Positions 6,233-14,685 are shown, counted from the stretch's first letter. The stretch: 19,261 nt of DNA from Atribacterota bacterium (GCA_038203565.1 JBBRDV010000022.1:1-19261); one strand, 5' to 3'. Notes: a model not told the origin generated them from the sequence alone. Made by a program: numbers and translations.

Positions 6233-9200
6233 ATGTATAATTTAAGAGCACATGTTTTGCTTTGTTATGGAGGTGCCTGTATTTCTTCGAACGCAGGTAG
6301 CGTTAAAGAAGCAATGGAAAAAGCAATAGCAAAAGCAGGACTTCAAAATGAAGTTGATGTTGTAACTACCGGATGTATGGGAACTTGTGAGCTGGGCCCG
6401 ATTATGGTTATCTATCCGGAGGGAGTATTCTATCAGAAGGTTAAATCCGAAGATGCTGAAGAGATTGTCCAGGAACACTTGTTAAAAGGCAGAGTTGTTA
6501 AACGTCTATTCTATAAAAAACCGAAAACTGAAGAAATGATAGAAATGTTTAATGATATAGATTTCTTCAAACTACAGAAGAAAATAGCTCTTCGGAATTG
6601 TGGAATTATCAATCCCTTGGAAATTGAAGAATATATAGCTGCTGATGGATATATGGCTTTAGGGAAAGTGCTGACCGAAATGACCCCGCAGCAAGTAATT
6701 GAAGAGATGAAAAAATCAGGTCTGAGGGGACGAGGCGGGGCAGGATTCCCTACCGGTTTAAAATGGCAATTTACTGCTGCCTCACCAGGCAAACAAAAAT
6801 ATGTATGTTGCAATGCAGATGAAGGTGATCCCGGTGCCTTTATGGATAGGAGTATTTTAGAGGGAGACCCCCATAGTGTAATGGAAGCTATGATGATCTG
6901 CGGATATGCTATAGGCGCGGATCAGGGATATATATATGTTAGGGCTGAATATCCTTTAGCTGTGGAGAGGTTATCGATTGCTATTGAACAAGCGAAAAAG
7001 AATGAACTTTTAGGAAAAAATATTTTAGGGACTGATTTTAATTTTGATATAGAAATAAGAATGGGAGCAGGCGCTTTTGTCTGCGGTGAAGAAACCGCTC
7101 TAATGCGTTCTATAGAAGGGAAGAGAGGAGAACCTCGTCCAAAACCTCCTTATCCCGCTCAAAAGGGATTATTTGAATGTCCTACAGTATTAAACAATGT
7201 TGAGACATTTGCCAATATCCCCTATATAATTTTAAATGGCGCTGATGATTTTGCTTCTGTAGGGACTGAAAAGAGCAGAGGAACAAAAGTATTTGCTTTG
7301 GCAGGTGATATAAATAACACTGGACTTATTGAAGTTCCTATTGGAATGCCTTTAGGAACAATTATCTATGATATCGGAGGAGGAATCCCCAATAATAAAA
7401 AATTAAAAGCGGTACAGATCGGCGGTCCTTCGGGAGGTTGTATACCTACTGATCATCTGAACGTAAAAGTGGATTATGAGTCATTACAAGAACTTGGAGC
7501 AATTATGGGTTCAGGTGGATTGATTGTCATGGACGAAGATACCTGTATGGTTGATTTAGCCCGTTATTTTATGGAATTTATCCAGGAAGAATCGTGTGGT
7601 AATTGCACCCCTTGTCGTCAAGGGACGCGGATTATGTTAAATATTTTGGAGCGAATCTGTCAGGGAAAAGGAAAAATGGAGGACCTGGATATTCTGGAAG
7701 AATTGTCTGAGCAGATAAAACAGACTTCTTTATGTGGTTTAGGACAGACCGCACCTAATCCGATTATTGCAACTTTAAGATATTTTAGAGACGAATATAT
7801 TGAACATATTCGTGATAAAAAATGCCGGGCAGGAGTATGTGCAGAACTGGTGTACTCTCCATGCTCTAATGAATGTCCGGCTTCGGTAAATGTACCTGGA
7901 TATCTTGCTTATACCAAGGAAGGTAATTTTAAAAAAGCTCTAGAAATACATTTAAAGAATAATCCGTTTCCTGCAGTCTGTGGACGGGTATGCCCTCATC
8001 AGTGTGAAGCTAAATGCAGAAGAAACGATCTCGATTCGGCGGTCAGCATTCGTTCTGTCAAACGATTTATGGCTGATTCAATAGATGATTATCTAAAATG
8101 TTTCCCTGAAAAACAAAATTCTAATGGAATTAAGGTAGCAGTCATTGGTTCAGGTCCATCTGGATTATCTAATGCTTATTTTCTTACTATGCTGGGATAC
8201 GAGGTTACTGTTTTTGAGTCCGAAGCTAAAGCTGGAGGCATGCTTACCTATGCTATCCCTTCATATAGACTTCCTAAAAATATAGTGGAAAAAGAGATTC
8301 AAGCCTTATCTCGATATGGGGTAAAGATAAAAACTAATTCTAAAATTGGAAAAGATATAACCATTAATGAACTCAAAAAACAAGGGTTTAAGGCCTTTTA
8401 CATTGCTATAGGAACAGGGGATTCAATTATGCCTGCAATTGAAGGGATAGATGGCAATAATAGAGTTATAAGCGGGTTAGATTTTTTGTATAAAATCAAT
8501 AATAATGAAAAAATCTCTGTTGGCCAGGAGGTAGTAGTTATTGGAGGAGGGAATACTGCTATTGATGCAGCCAGAACTGCCAAGAGAATGGGGGCAGGTG
8601 TAACCATAGTATATCGCCGAACCAGAGAGGAAATGCCAGCTGAGATAGAGGAAATTAAAGAGGCAGAAAATGAGGGAATAAAAATACAACTCCTTCAAAA
8701 TATTAAATCCGTTAAGTCAAACTCTAACAATAAGTTAGCAGTTGAATTCCTGAATATGCGGCTTAGTGAATTTGATAAATCTGGTAGACGAAGACCTGTG
8801 GAAATAGAAGCTTCTTTGTTTACTAGAGAAGTTGATCTATTGATTTTAGCCATTGGTCAAAAACCATCTCTGGGACACTTATTTGATAAAGAGGCGATCA
8901 AGCTTAATAGAGATGGAACTATCTTTTGTCATTCCCATAAAGGAGAGACGATGTCAGAAGATATCTTTGCTGGTGGTGACGTGGTGACTGGTCCTTCTAC
9001 TGTAGTGGAGGCAATCGGGCAAGCACAGAGGGCAGCTGAGGCCATAGATAAATATTTAACCGATGGCCGAAAGGAATATCCCTGGAATATAATGGATGAA
9101 ATCGAAGTGAAGTTTGATCCGGAAGAAGAACCGGTAGATTATGAGCGGGCAAAAAATATAATAATTCCAGTAGGAGAAAGAGATTCTTTTACCGAAGTTG

Positions 9201-9280
9201 AAAAGACCTGGGACAAGGTAACTGCTTGTAAAGAAGCAGATAGATGCCTGCGTTGTGAGTTTAAGAAAGAAGAGGAGTGA
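6233..9280 (+). CDS. NuoF/HydB-like FMN-NADH subunit fused to GltD/NfnB-like FAD-NAD(P)H oxidoreductase
   Basis: aa 1-541: [2Fe-2S] CYGGAC..CMGTC, GRGGAGFPTG, NADEGDPGAFMDR, AFVCGEETAL, GGPSGG, ESCGNCTPCR..CGLG, HIRDKKCRAGVC; from aa 542: SPCSNECP..CGRVCPHQCEAKC, GSGPSG, IPSYRLPK, GGGNTAID..YRR, FAGGD, C-terminal EADRCLRC. Confidence 0.93.
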   Translation: MYNLRAHVLLCYGGACISSNAGSVKEAMEKAIAKAGLQNEVDVVTTGCMGTCELGPIMVIYPEGVFYQKVKSEDAEEIVQEHLLKGRVVKRLFYKKPKTEEMIEMFNDIDFFKLQKKIALRNCGIINPLEIEEYIAADGYMALGKVLTEMTPQQVIEEMKKSGLRGRGGAGFPTGLKWQFTAASPGKQKYVCCNADEGDPGAFMDRSILEGDPHSVMEAMMICGYAIGADQGYIYVRAEYPLAVERLSIAIEQAKKNELLGKNILGTDFNFDIEIRMGAGAFVCGEETALMRSIEGKRGEPRPKPPYPAQKGLFECPTVLNNVETFANIPYIILNGADDFASVGTEKSRGTKVFALAGDINNTGLIEVPIGMPLGTIIYDIGGGIPNNKKLKAVQIGGPSGGCIPTDHLNVKVDYESLQELGAIMGSGGLIVMDEDTCMVDLARYFMEFIQEESCGNCTPCRQGTRIMLNILERICQGKGKMEDLDILEELSEQIKQTSLCGLGQTAPNPIIATLRYFRDEYIEHIRDKKCRAGVCAELVYSPCSNECPASVNVPGYLAYTKEGNFKKALEIHLKNNPFPAVCGRVCPHQCEAKCRRNDLDSAVSIRSVKRFMADSIDDYLKCFPEKQNSNGIKVAVIGSGPSGLSNAYFLTMLGYEVTVFESEAKAGGMLTYAIPSYRLPKNIVEKEIQALSRYGVKIKTNSKIGKDITINELKKQGFKAFYIAIGTGDSIMPAIEGIDGNNRVISGLDFLYKINNNEKISVGQEVVVIGGGNTAIDAARTAKRMGAGVTIVYRRTREEMPAEIEEIKEAENEGIKIQLLQNIKSVKSNSNNKLAVEFLNMRLSEFDKSGRRRPVEIEASLFTREVDLLILAIGQKPSLGHLFDKEAIKLNRDGTIFCHSHKGETMSEDIFAGGDVVTGPSTVVEAIGQAQRAAEAIDKYLTDGRKEYPWNIMDEIEVKFDPEEEPVDYERAKNIIIPVGERDSFTEVEKTWDKVTACKEADRCLRCEFKKEEE

Positions 9281-9282
9281 GT

Positions 9283-9747
9283 ATGACAGTAAAAGAGATT
9301 ATTAACAAGTATGGAAATAAAAGAGAAAATTTATTACAGATTTTGCATGATATTCAAAATCAAAGCCTCCAGAATTATATTAATGAAAAAGAGGTTAATT
9401 TATTAAGCAAGGAAATGAAAATACCAGTATCTGATATTAAAGGGACTGCTTCTTTTTACACCATGTATAGTTTTATCCCTCGTGGTAAATATATAATCAG
9501 AGTTTGCGAGAGTCCTCCCTGTCACTTATTAGGTGCACAAACGATTTTTAAGGCTATAGAAGCTAAATTAGGCATTAAAGAAGGGGAGACAACCAAAGAC
9601 GGACTTTTTACCTTAGAAGGGACTAGCTGTTTGGGAATTTGTGGGGTAGCTCCGGCTATGATGATTAATGAAGAAGCCTATGGTAATTTAAATGAAGAAA
9701 AGATCGGAAAAATATTGGACCAAATTCAAGAAAAGGAGAGTAATTAA
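9283..9747 (+). CDS. nuoE: NuoE/HydC-like [2Fe-2S] subunit (NuoE-2)
   Basis: LLQILHDIQ, TASFYTMY, VCESPPCHLLG, TSCLGICGVAP; GAGGAG at 9272-9277 favours ATG 9283 over GTG 9277. Confidence 0.92.
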   Translation: MTVKEIINKYGNKRENLLQILHDIQNQSLQNYINEKEVNLLSKEMKIPVSDIKGTASFYTMYSFIPRGKYIIRVCESPPCHLLGAQTIFKAIEAKLGIKEGETTKDGLFTLEGTSCLGICGVAPAMMINEEAYGNLNEEKIGKILDQIQEKESN

Positions 9748-9749
9748 TT

Positions 9750-11393
9750 ATGTCAAAAAGAAGTATTGCGCAGATTTTAGTGGGTATTGATGGAAATACT
9801 GTCCTTTCCGGTGCAAGGAAGATAAAGACCAAGCTGATTACCGAAATAAATAAACAAGGTCTTTCCGATCAAGTTTCGGTAATCGAAACCGGCAGTATTG
9901 GTCCTATTAATAAAGGAGTGGTCATAGGTATTTATCCAACGGGTGAAATGTACGGAAATGTGACTGAGAAAGATATTGCTGAATTTGTTCAGGAAAAATT
10001 TGTCAAAGGCAGACCTTATAAAAAATTACTGTTAGAAGAAAAAATGCAACCAGAGATAGATTTGAAAACCTATGATTCCAGAAAAACCCAATATTTCGGG
10101 CGAATCGTCCTGGACAACTGTGGGAAGATTAACCCGGAAGATATTGAAGAATATATCGGAATGGGTGGTTACCAGGCATTAGGGACAGTCTTAAAAGAAA
10201 AAACACCAGAAGAAGTTATTCAAATAATGAAGAACTCTGGACTCAGAGGAAGAGGTGGTGCTGGATTTCCCACCGGCTTAAAATGGTCTTTTGCAGCCCA
10301 GGAAAAAGAAAGTCCAAAATATGTTATTTGCAATGCAGATGAAGGAGAACCGGGCACTTTTAAGGATCGATTAATTATGGAAGGAGATCCCCATAGAGTT
10401 TTAGAAGGGATGGCTATCTGCGGATATGCTATTGGGGCGAATACCGGTTATATTTATATTCGAGGAGAATATCAGCTTTCTATTCAAAGGTTAGAAAAAG
10501 CCATAAATGATGCGGAAAAATTAGGCCTTTTGGGGAAAAATATATTTGGAACTGATTTTGATTTCAAGGTCAAGATTAAGATGGGAGCAGGTTCTTATGT
10601 TTGCGGAGAAGAAACCTCTCTCTTAAATTCTATGGAGGGTTTTAGGGGAGAGCCAAGATTAAAACCACCTTTCCCTGCTAAATCAGGGTTTTTATCCAAA
10701 CCTACTAATGTGAATAATGTAGAGACCCTGGCTAATATTGCTCCTATTATTTTGAATGGCGCTGAATGGTTCAAAAAATTTGGGACAGTAGATTCACCGG
10801 GGACCAAAGTTTATACTATTTTGGGACATGTCAATCGTTCTGGCTTAATAGAAGTTCCCATGGGGATTACCTTAAGAGAAGTTATTTATGATTATGCGGG
10901 AGGTATTTCTTCCGGAGAATTTAAAATGGCTCAAATAGGAGGCACTGCGGGAGATATTCTTTCTGCGGAACTTTTGGATGTAGCACTTGATTATAAATCC
11001 CTTCAAGAAGTAGGGCACAACCTCGGCTCCGGAGCCATATTAATTATGAATGATTCAGTTTCGGTAGTAGATTTTTTAAAGTGCTGTATGAAATTCTTTA
11101 TGCATGAATCCTGTGGTCGATGTTCTGTGTGTCGAATTGGGACTAAGCAGATGTATGAATCTTTTAATCGTTTAGAAAAGAAAGAAGCATATTTTGACGA
11201 ACTTAAAAATATAGAAGAATTAGCCAAAGGACTTAACTTAGCTTCTTTTTGCCCTCTTGGTCAATCCGTTGCTTCTCCTGTTCTTTCTGCTATAAAGTAT
11301 TTTGAAGCAGAATTGTCGGAAGGTATAAATCCGAATAAAATTCATGAACCGGTCACCAGGGAAGAAAGTGGCATAGTATTCAGTTATTCTTAA
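9750..11393 (+). CDS. nuoF: NuoF/HydB-like FMN-NADH subunit, short non-bifurcating type (NuoF-2)
   Basis: GRGGAGFPTG, NADEGEPGTFKDR, GSYVCGEETSL, GGTAG, ESCGRCSVCR..CPLG; no C-terminal ferredoxin domain. Confidence 0.92.
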   Translation: MSKRSIAQILVGIDGNTVLSGARKIKTKLITEINKQGLSDQVSVIETGSIGPINKGVVIGIYPTGEMYGNVTEKDIAEFVQEKFVKGRPYKKLLLEEKMQPEIDLKTYDSRKTQYFGRIVLDNCGKINPEDIEEYIGMGGYQALGTVLKEKTPEEVIQIMKNSGLRGRGGAGFPTGLKWSFAAQEKESPKYVICNADEGEPGTFKDRLIMEGDPHRVLEGMAICGYAIGANTGYIYIRGEYQLSIQRLEKAINDAEKLGLLGKNIFGTDFDFKVKIKMGAGSYVCGEETSLLNSMEGFRGEPRLKPPFPAKSGFLSKPTNVNNVETLANIAPIILNGAEWFKKFGTVDSPGTKVYTILGHVNRSGLIEVPMGITLREVIYDYAGGISSGEFKMAQIGGTAGDILSAELLDVALDYKSLQEVGHNLGSGAILIMNDSVSVVDFLKCCMKFFMHESCGRCSVCRIGTKQMYESFNRLEKKEAYFDELKNIEELAKGLNLASFCPLGQSVASPVLSAIKYFEAELSEGINPNKIHEPVTREESGIVFSYS

Positions 11394-11482
11394 GAGTAAG
11401 CTTAAGTTTAATTATTTTAGGATAAGCATAAAAGATACTTATAAATAAAATTATCAATAAACAATAAGAAGGAGAGGGGTTA

Positions 11483-13255
11483 ATGGCAAATATTACCATA
11501 AATAATATGAAAGTTGAAGTACCAGAAGGCACTACTATTTTAGATGCTGCCAAAACAATTGGTATAAAGATACCTACTCTGTGTTATCTTAAAAATGTTC
11601 AAGAGCCAGGATCATGTAGAATGTGTCTTGTGGAGGTTGAAGGGGCTAAAACACTTCAGCCCTCTTGTGTAACACAGGTTTCAGAAGGTATGAAAATCCA
11701 TACCAATACTAAAAAAATAAGAGATACCAGAAAGATTATATTGGAATTGCTTTTAAGTGATCATCCCTGGGAATGTAATACTTGTGATCGTAATCAGGAC
11801 TGTGAACTACAAAAATTAGCAGATGAGTATGGTATTAAAGAAGTTAGATTTCAATCCGTGAAGGAAAGATTGCCTTTAGATGAAAGTACTCCCGGTATTG
11901 TGAGGGACCCGAACAAGTGCATTTTATGTCGAAGATGTGTTACTGTATGTCAAGAAGTTCAGGGAGTGGGTACATTGGCTCCCAGAGCTCGTGGTTTTAA
12001 TACAATTATTGCTCCCGGACAAGGCAATTTATTAAGTGAAGCCGTATGTGTTCAATGCGGACAATGTGCCGCTGTTTGCCCTGTTGGAGCAATAACAGAG
12101 AAAGATGATATTGATAAAGTATGGGAGGCCCTTGATGATCCGAATAAATATGTGGTTGTCCAAACTGCTCCCGCGATAAGAGCTGCTTTGGGTGAATGTT
12201 TTGATTTAGAACCAGGTACTTTAGTTAAAGGTAAAATGACTGCTGCTCTTAAAATGTTAGGATTTAATGCTGTGTTCGATACTAATTTTACAGCTGATTT
12301 AACTATTTTGGAAGAAGGCACAGAACTTCTTACCAGACTAAAAAAAGTACTGGTCGATAAAGATAAGAAGGTAGCTTTGCCAATGTTTACTTCCTGTTCA
12401 CCGGGATGGATAAATTATATGGAAAATTTTTATCCTGAGTTAATTCCTAATATTTCTACTTGTAAATCTCCTCAGCAGATGTTTGGAGCGGTAGCAAAAA
12501 CCTATTATGCTAATAAAATTGGAAAGAAAAAAGAAGAGATAGTAGTAGTATCTATAATGCCCTGTACCGCTAAAAAATTTGAATGTAACCGAGAAGAAAT
12601 GAACGCGAGTGGAGTTAAAGATGTAGATTATGTGTTAACTACCAGAGAATTAGGAAAATTTATTAAACAAGCAGGAATAGATTTTGTTAATCTTCCCGAT
12701 GAGGAAATGGATGCACCTATGGGCATATCTACTGGTGCTGCCGATATTTTTGCCAATACCGGAGGAGTTATGGAAGCTGCTCTTAGAACGGCATATGAGA
12801 TTGTGACTGGAAGAGAAATTCCTTTTAATGGATTACATGTTTCCTCGGTCCAGGGACTTGATGGCGTAAAAGAAGCATCACTAAAAATTGATGGAACCAA
12901 AGAAGAATGGGCTTTCCTGGAAGGTGTTACGGTAAATGTTGCAGTTGCCCATGGATTGGGAAATGCAAAAAAGGTCATCGAGAAAGTCTTATCCGGCGAA
13001 AAACAATATCATTTTATTGAAATAATGGCTTGTCCGGGTGGGTGTATTGGTGGTGGTGGTCAACCCAGGATGACTACCGATGAAGTAAGGCAAGCAAGAA
13101 TTAAAGCCATTTACAAGGAAGACGAAGGAAGAAAATATCGTAAATCACATGAAAATCCAGCCGTAAAAGCACTTTACGAAGAATTTCTTGTGAAACCACT
13201 TGGAGAAAAATCACATCATTTGCTTCACACGAAATATTCAAGTAAAAAAGATTAA
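11483..13255 (+). CDS. hydA: [FeFe]-hydrogenase catalytic subunit, group A (HydA/HndD-like)
   Basis: H-cluster motifs TSCSPGW, MPCTAKKFE, EIMACPGGCIGGGGQP; N-terminal [2Fe-2S], His-ligated [4Fe-4S] (HPWECNTC..C) and 2x[4Fe-4S] (CILCRRCVTVC, CVQCGQCAAVCP); C-terminal RKSHENP..HHLLHT. Confidence 0.97.
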   Translation: MANITINNMKVEVPEGTTILDAAKTIGIKIPTLCYLKNVQEPGSCRMCLVEVEGAKTLQPSCVTQVSEGMKIHTNTKKIRDTRKIILELLLSDHPWECNTCDRNQDCELQKLADEYGIKEVRFQSVKERLPLDESTPGIVRDPNKCILCRRCVTVCQEVQGVGTLAPRARGFNTIIAPGQGNLLSEAVCVQCGQCAAVCPVGAITEKDDIDKVWEALDDPNKYVVVQTAPAIRAALGECFDLEPGTLVKGKMTAALKMLGFNAVFDTNFTADLTILEEGTELLTRLKKVLVDKDKKVALPMFTSCSPGWINYMENFYPELIPNISTCKSPQQMFGAVAKTYYANKIGKKKEEIVVVSIMPCTAKKFECNREEMNASGVKDVDYVLTTRELGKFIKQAGIDFVNLPDEEMDAPMGISTGAADIFANTGGVMEAALRTAYEIVTGREIPFNGLHVSSVQGLDGVKEASLKIDGTKEEWAFLEGVTVNVAVAHGLGNAKKVIEKVLSGEKQYHFIEIMACPGGCIGGGGQPRMTTDEVRQARIKAIYKEDEGRKYRKSHENPAVKALYEEFLVKPLGEKSHHLLHTKYSSKKD

Positions 13256-13358
13256 GAGATTTAGTGTTAATATTTTAAAATAGAATAAAGAATAATTATT
13301 GATAACCTGCGAGAGAGGAAAAATATTTCTAACCTTAAGGGGAAATCGTAAATTTCCG

Positions 13359-13427
13359 AAATAATTAAAGGGGTTTAATTATCTTACCTTGAGCTAAGAA
13401 ATCAAACCCCTTTAATTATTTATTTTT
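13359..13427 (+). terminator. Long stem-loop, probable intrinsic terminator or attenuator between hydA and the ECF gene
   Basis: AAATAATTAAAGGGGTTT (13359-13376) perfectly complements AAACCCCTTTAATTATTT (13404-13421); inner ATT/AAT and TCTTA/TAAGA pairs; followed by ATTTTT. Confidence 0.65.
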
Positions 13428-13458
13428 AAAAAATTTATTAAAAGGGGGAATAATTTAA

Positions 13459-13971
13459 ATGGAAAATAATAAAATCAAATTTATTACTCGGACTGGAATA
13501 TTGTTAGCGGTAGCTTTAGTTATTCAGATGGGGGGATTACCTCAGCCGATAACCGGTCCGCTAATTAACACAGTACTTTATCTTTCAGCCTTATTGGTTG
13601 GAAGTGGGAGTGGAGTCATTATCGGTGTTTGCACACCGGTTATTGCTTTTATGAGGGGTATTTTACCAGCACCCTTGGGCCCGATGATTCCGTTCATTGC
13701 TTTGGGCAATGGTGTTTTAGTGTTTGTTTTTAGTTTATTAAAAGGAAAAAATAAAATATTGGGAATTATTTTGGCATCTTTAACAAAGTACGCAATTTTA
13801 GCTGTCACAGTTAAATTTATTGTAGATGTACCTGACAAGATAGCTCAACTTATGAGTTTACCTCAATTGTTTACTGCTCTATCCGGTGGAGTAATTGCTA
13901 TATTGGCGTATAAAGTTTTGTGGGTTATCGGTATAGATAGAGCAAAAGAATTCCCAGAAGATAAAAAATAA
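13459..13971 (+). CDS. ECF transporter S component (substrate unknown)
   Basis: 170 aa, highly hydrophobic, about 5-6 helices; ITRTGILLAVALVIQ, ITGPLINTVL, TPVIAF..GILP..PMIPFIALGN pattern of ECF S components. Confidence 0.8.
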   Translation: MENNKIKFITRTGILLAVALVIQMGGLPQPITGPLINTVLYLSALLVGSGSGVIIGVCTPVIAFMRGILPAPLGPMIPFIALGNGVLVFVFSLLKGKNKILGIILASLTKYAILAVTVKFIVDVPDKIAQLMSLPQLFTALSGGVIAILAYKVLWVIGIDRAKEFPEDKK

Positions 13972-13989
13972 TAACCATCATAAGATTTT

Positions 13990-14018
13990 TTGGATTATAT
14001 CTCTTTATAAGATATAAT
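13990..14018 (+). promoter_or_regulatory. Putative sigma70 promoter of the FDH unit overlapped by a palindromic operator
   Basis: TTGGAT (13990-13995)-N17-TATAAT (14013-14018); inverted repeat ATTATATCT-N7-AGATATAAT at 13994-14018. Confidence 0.5.
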
Positions 14019-14158
14019 TAGTTCGTATAGGGAATTTATATTCGCTTTCAAGGGGTGTTGCAAGTCAAGCAGAGCTTGCCAAAGCTACACTCAATGATAA
14101 ATATTAATAATAAGAAGATAAAGATTTATGGAGTCCTATTAGGAAATGGAGAAAAAAA

Positions 14159-14653
14159 ATGGAACAGCAGATTGATAATTTGTTGGAAAAATTTAATCTT
14201 GAGCAAGTAGATGGATTAAATGAAATTATTGAAAAATACAGAGTGGATCCGGGAGGAATAATACCCTTACTGGAGGAAGCTCAGGATCTCCTCGGATACC
14301 TGCCCATTAATATCCAGAAACAAATATCTGATAAAACTAATATTTCTTTAAGTAGAATTTATGGAATTGTAACCTTTTATTCATTCTTTACCATGACCCC
14401 TCGAGGTAAACACACTATCCAGGTATGTTTGGGTACAGCTTGTTATGTCAAGGGAGGCAAGAAAATTGCAGAAATAATTGAGAAAGAATTTGAAGTAAAA
14501 CCCGGAGAAACTACTACTGATAGAAGATTTACTTATGAAACGGTAAGATGTCTTGGGGTTTGTGGATTAGCCCCGGTAATAGTTGTTGATGGAGAAGTTT
14601 ATGGGAAAGTTCAGTCTTCGAAGGTTGAAGAGATATTAGAACAATATAAATAA
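14159..14653 (+). CDS. nuoE: NuoE-like [2Fe-2S] subunit of formate dehydrogenase complex (NuoE-3)
   Basis: IIPLLEEAQDLLGYLP, IVTFYSFF, VCLGTACYVKG, RCLGVCGLAPV. Confidence 0.93.
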   Translation: MEQQIDNLLEKFNLEQVDGLNEIIEKYRVDPGGIIPLLEEAQDLLGYLPINIQKQISDKTNISLSRIYGIVTFYSFFTMTPRGKHTIQVCLGTACYVKGGKKIAEIIEKEFEVKPGETTTDRRFTYETVRCLGVCGLAPVIVVDGEVYGKVQSSKVEEILEQYK

Positions 14654-14685
14654 CGGTTAAGGTTGAGATAGGAAAGGAGAAGGCT

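Noticed and set aside
13264..13281. GTGTTAATATTTTAAAAT Rex-like site after hydA
   Set aside because: Three mismatches including the conserved C; likely by chance in very AT-rich DNA
13300..13360. Glycine, TPP or cobalamin riboswitch call
   Set aside because: Only fragments resemble them (GAGAGA, CCTGCG, AAGGGGAA); the conserved cores are missing
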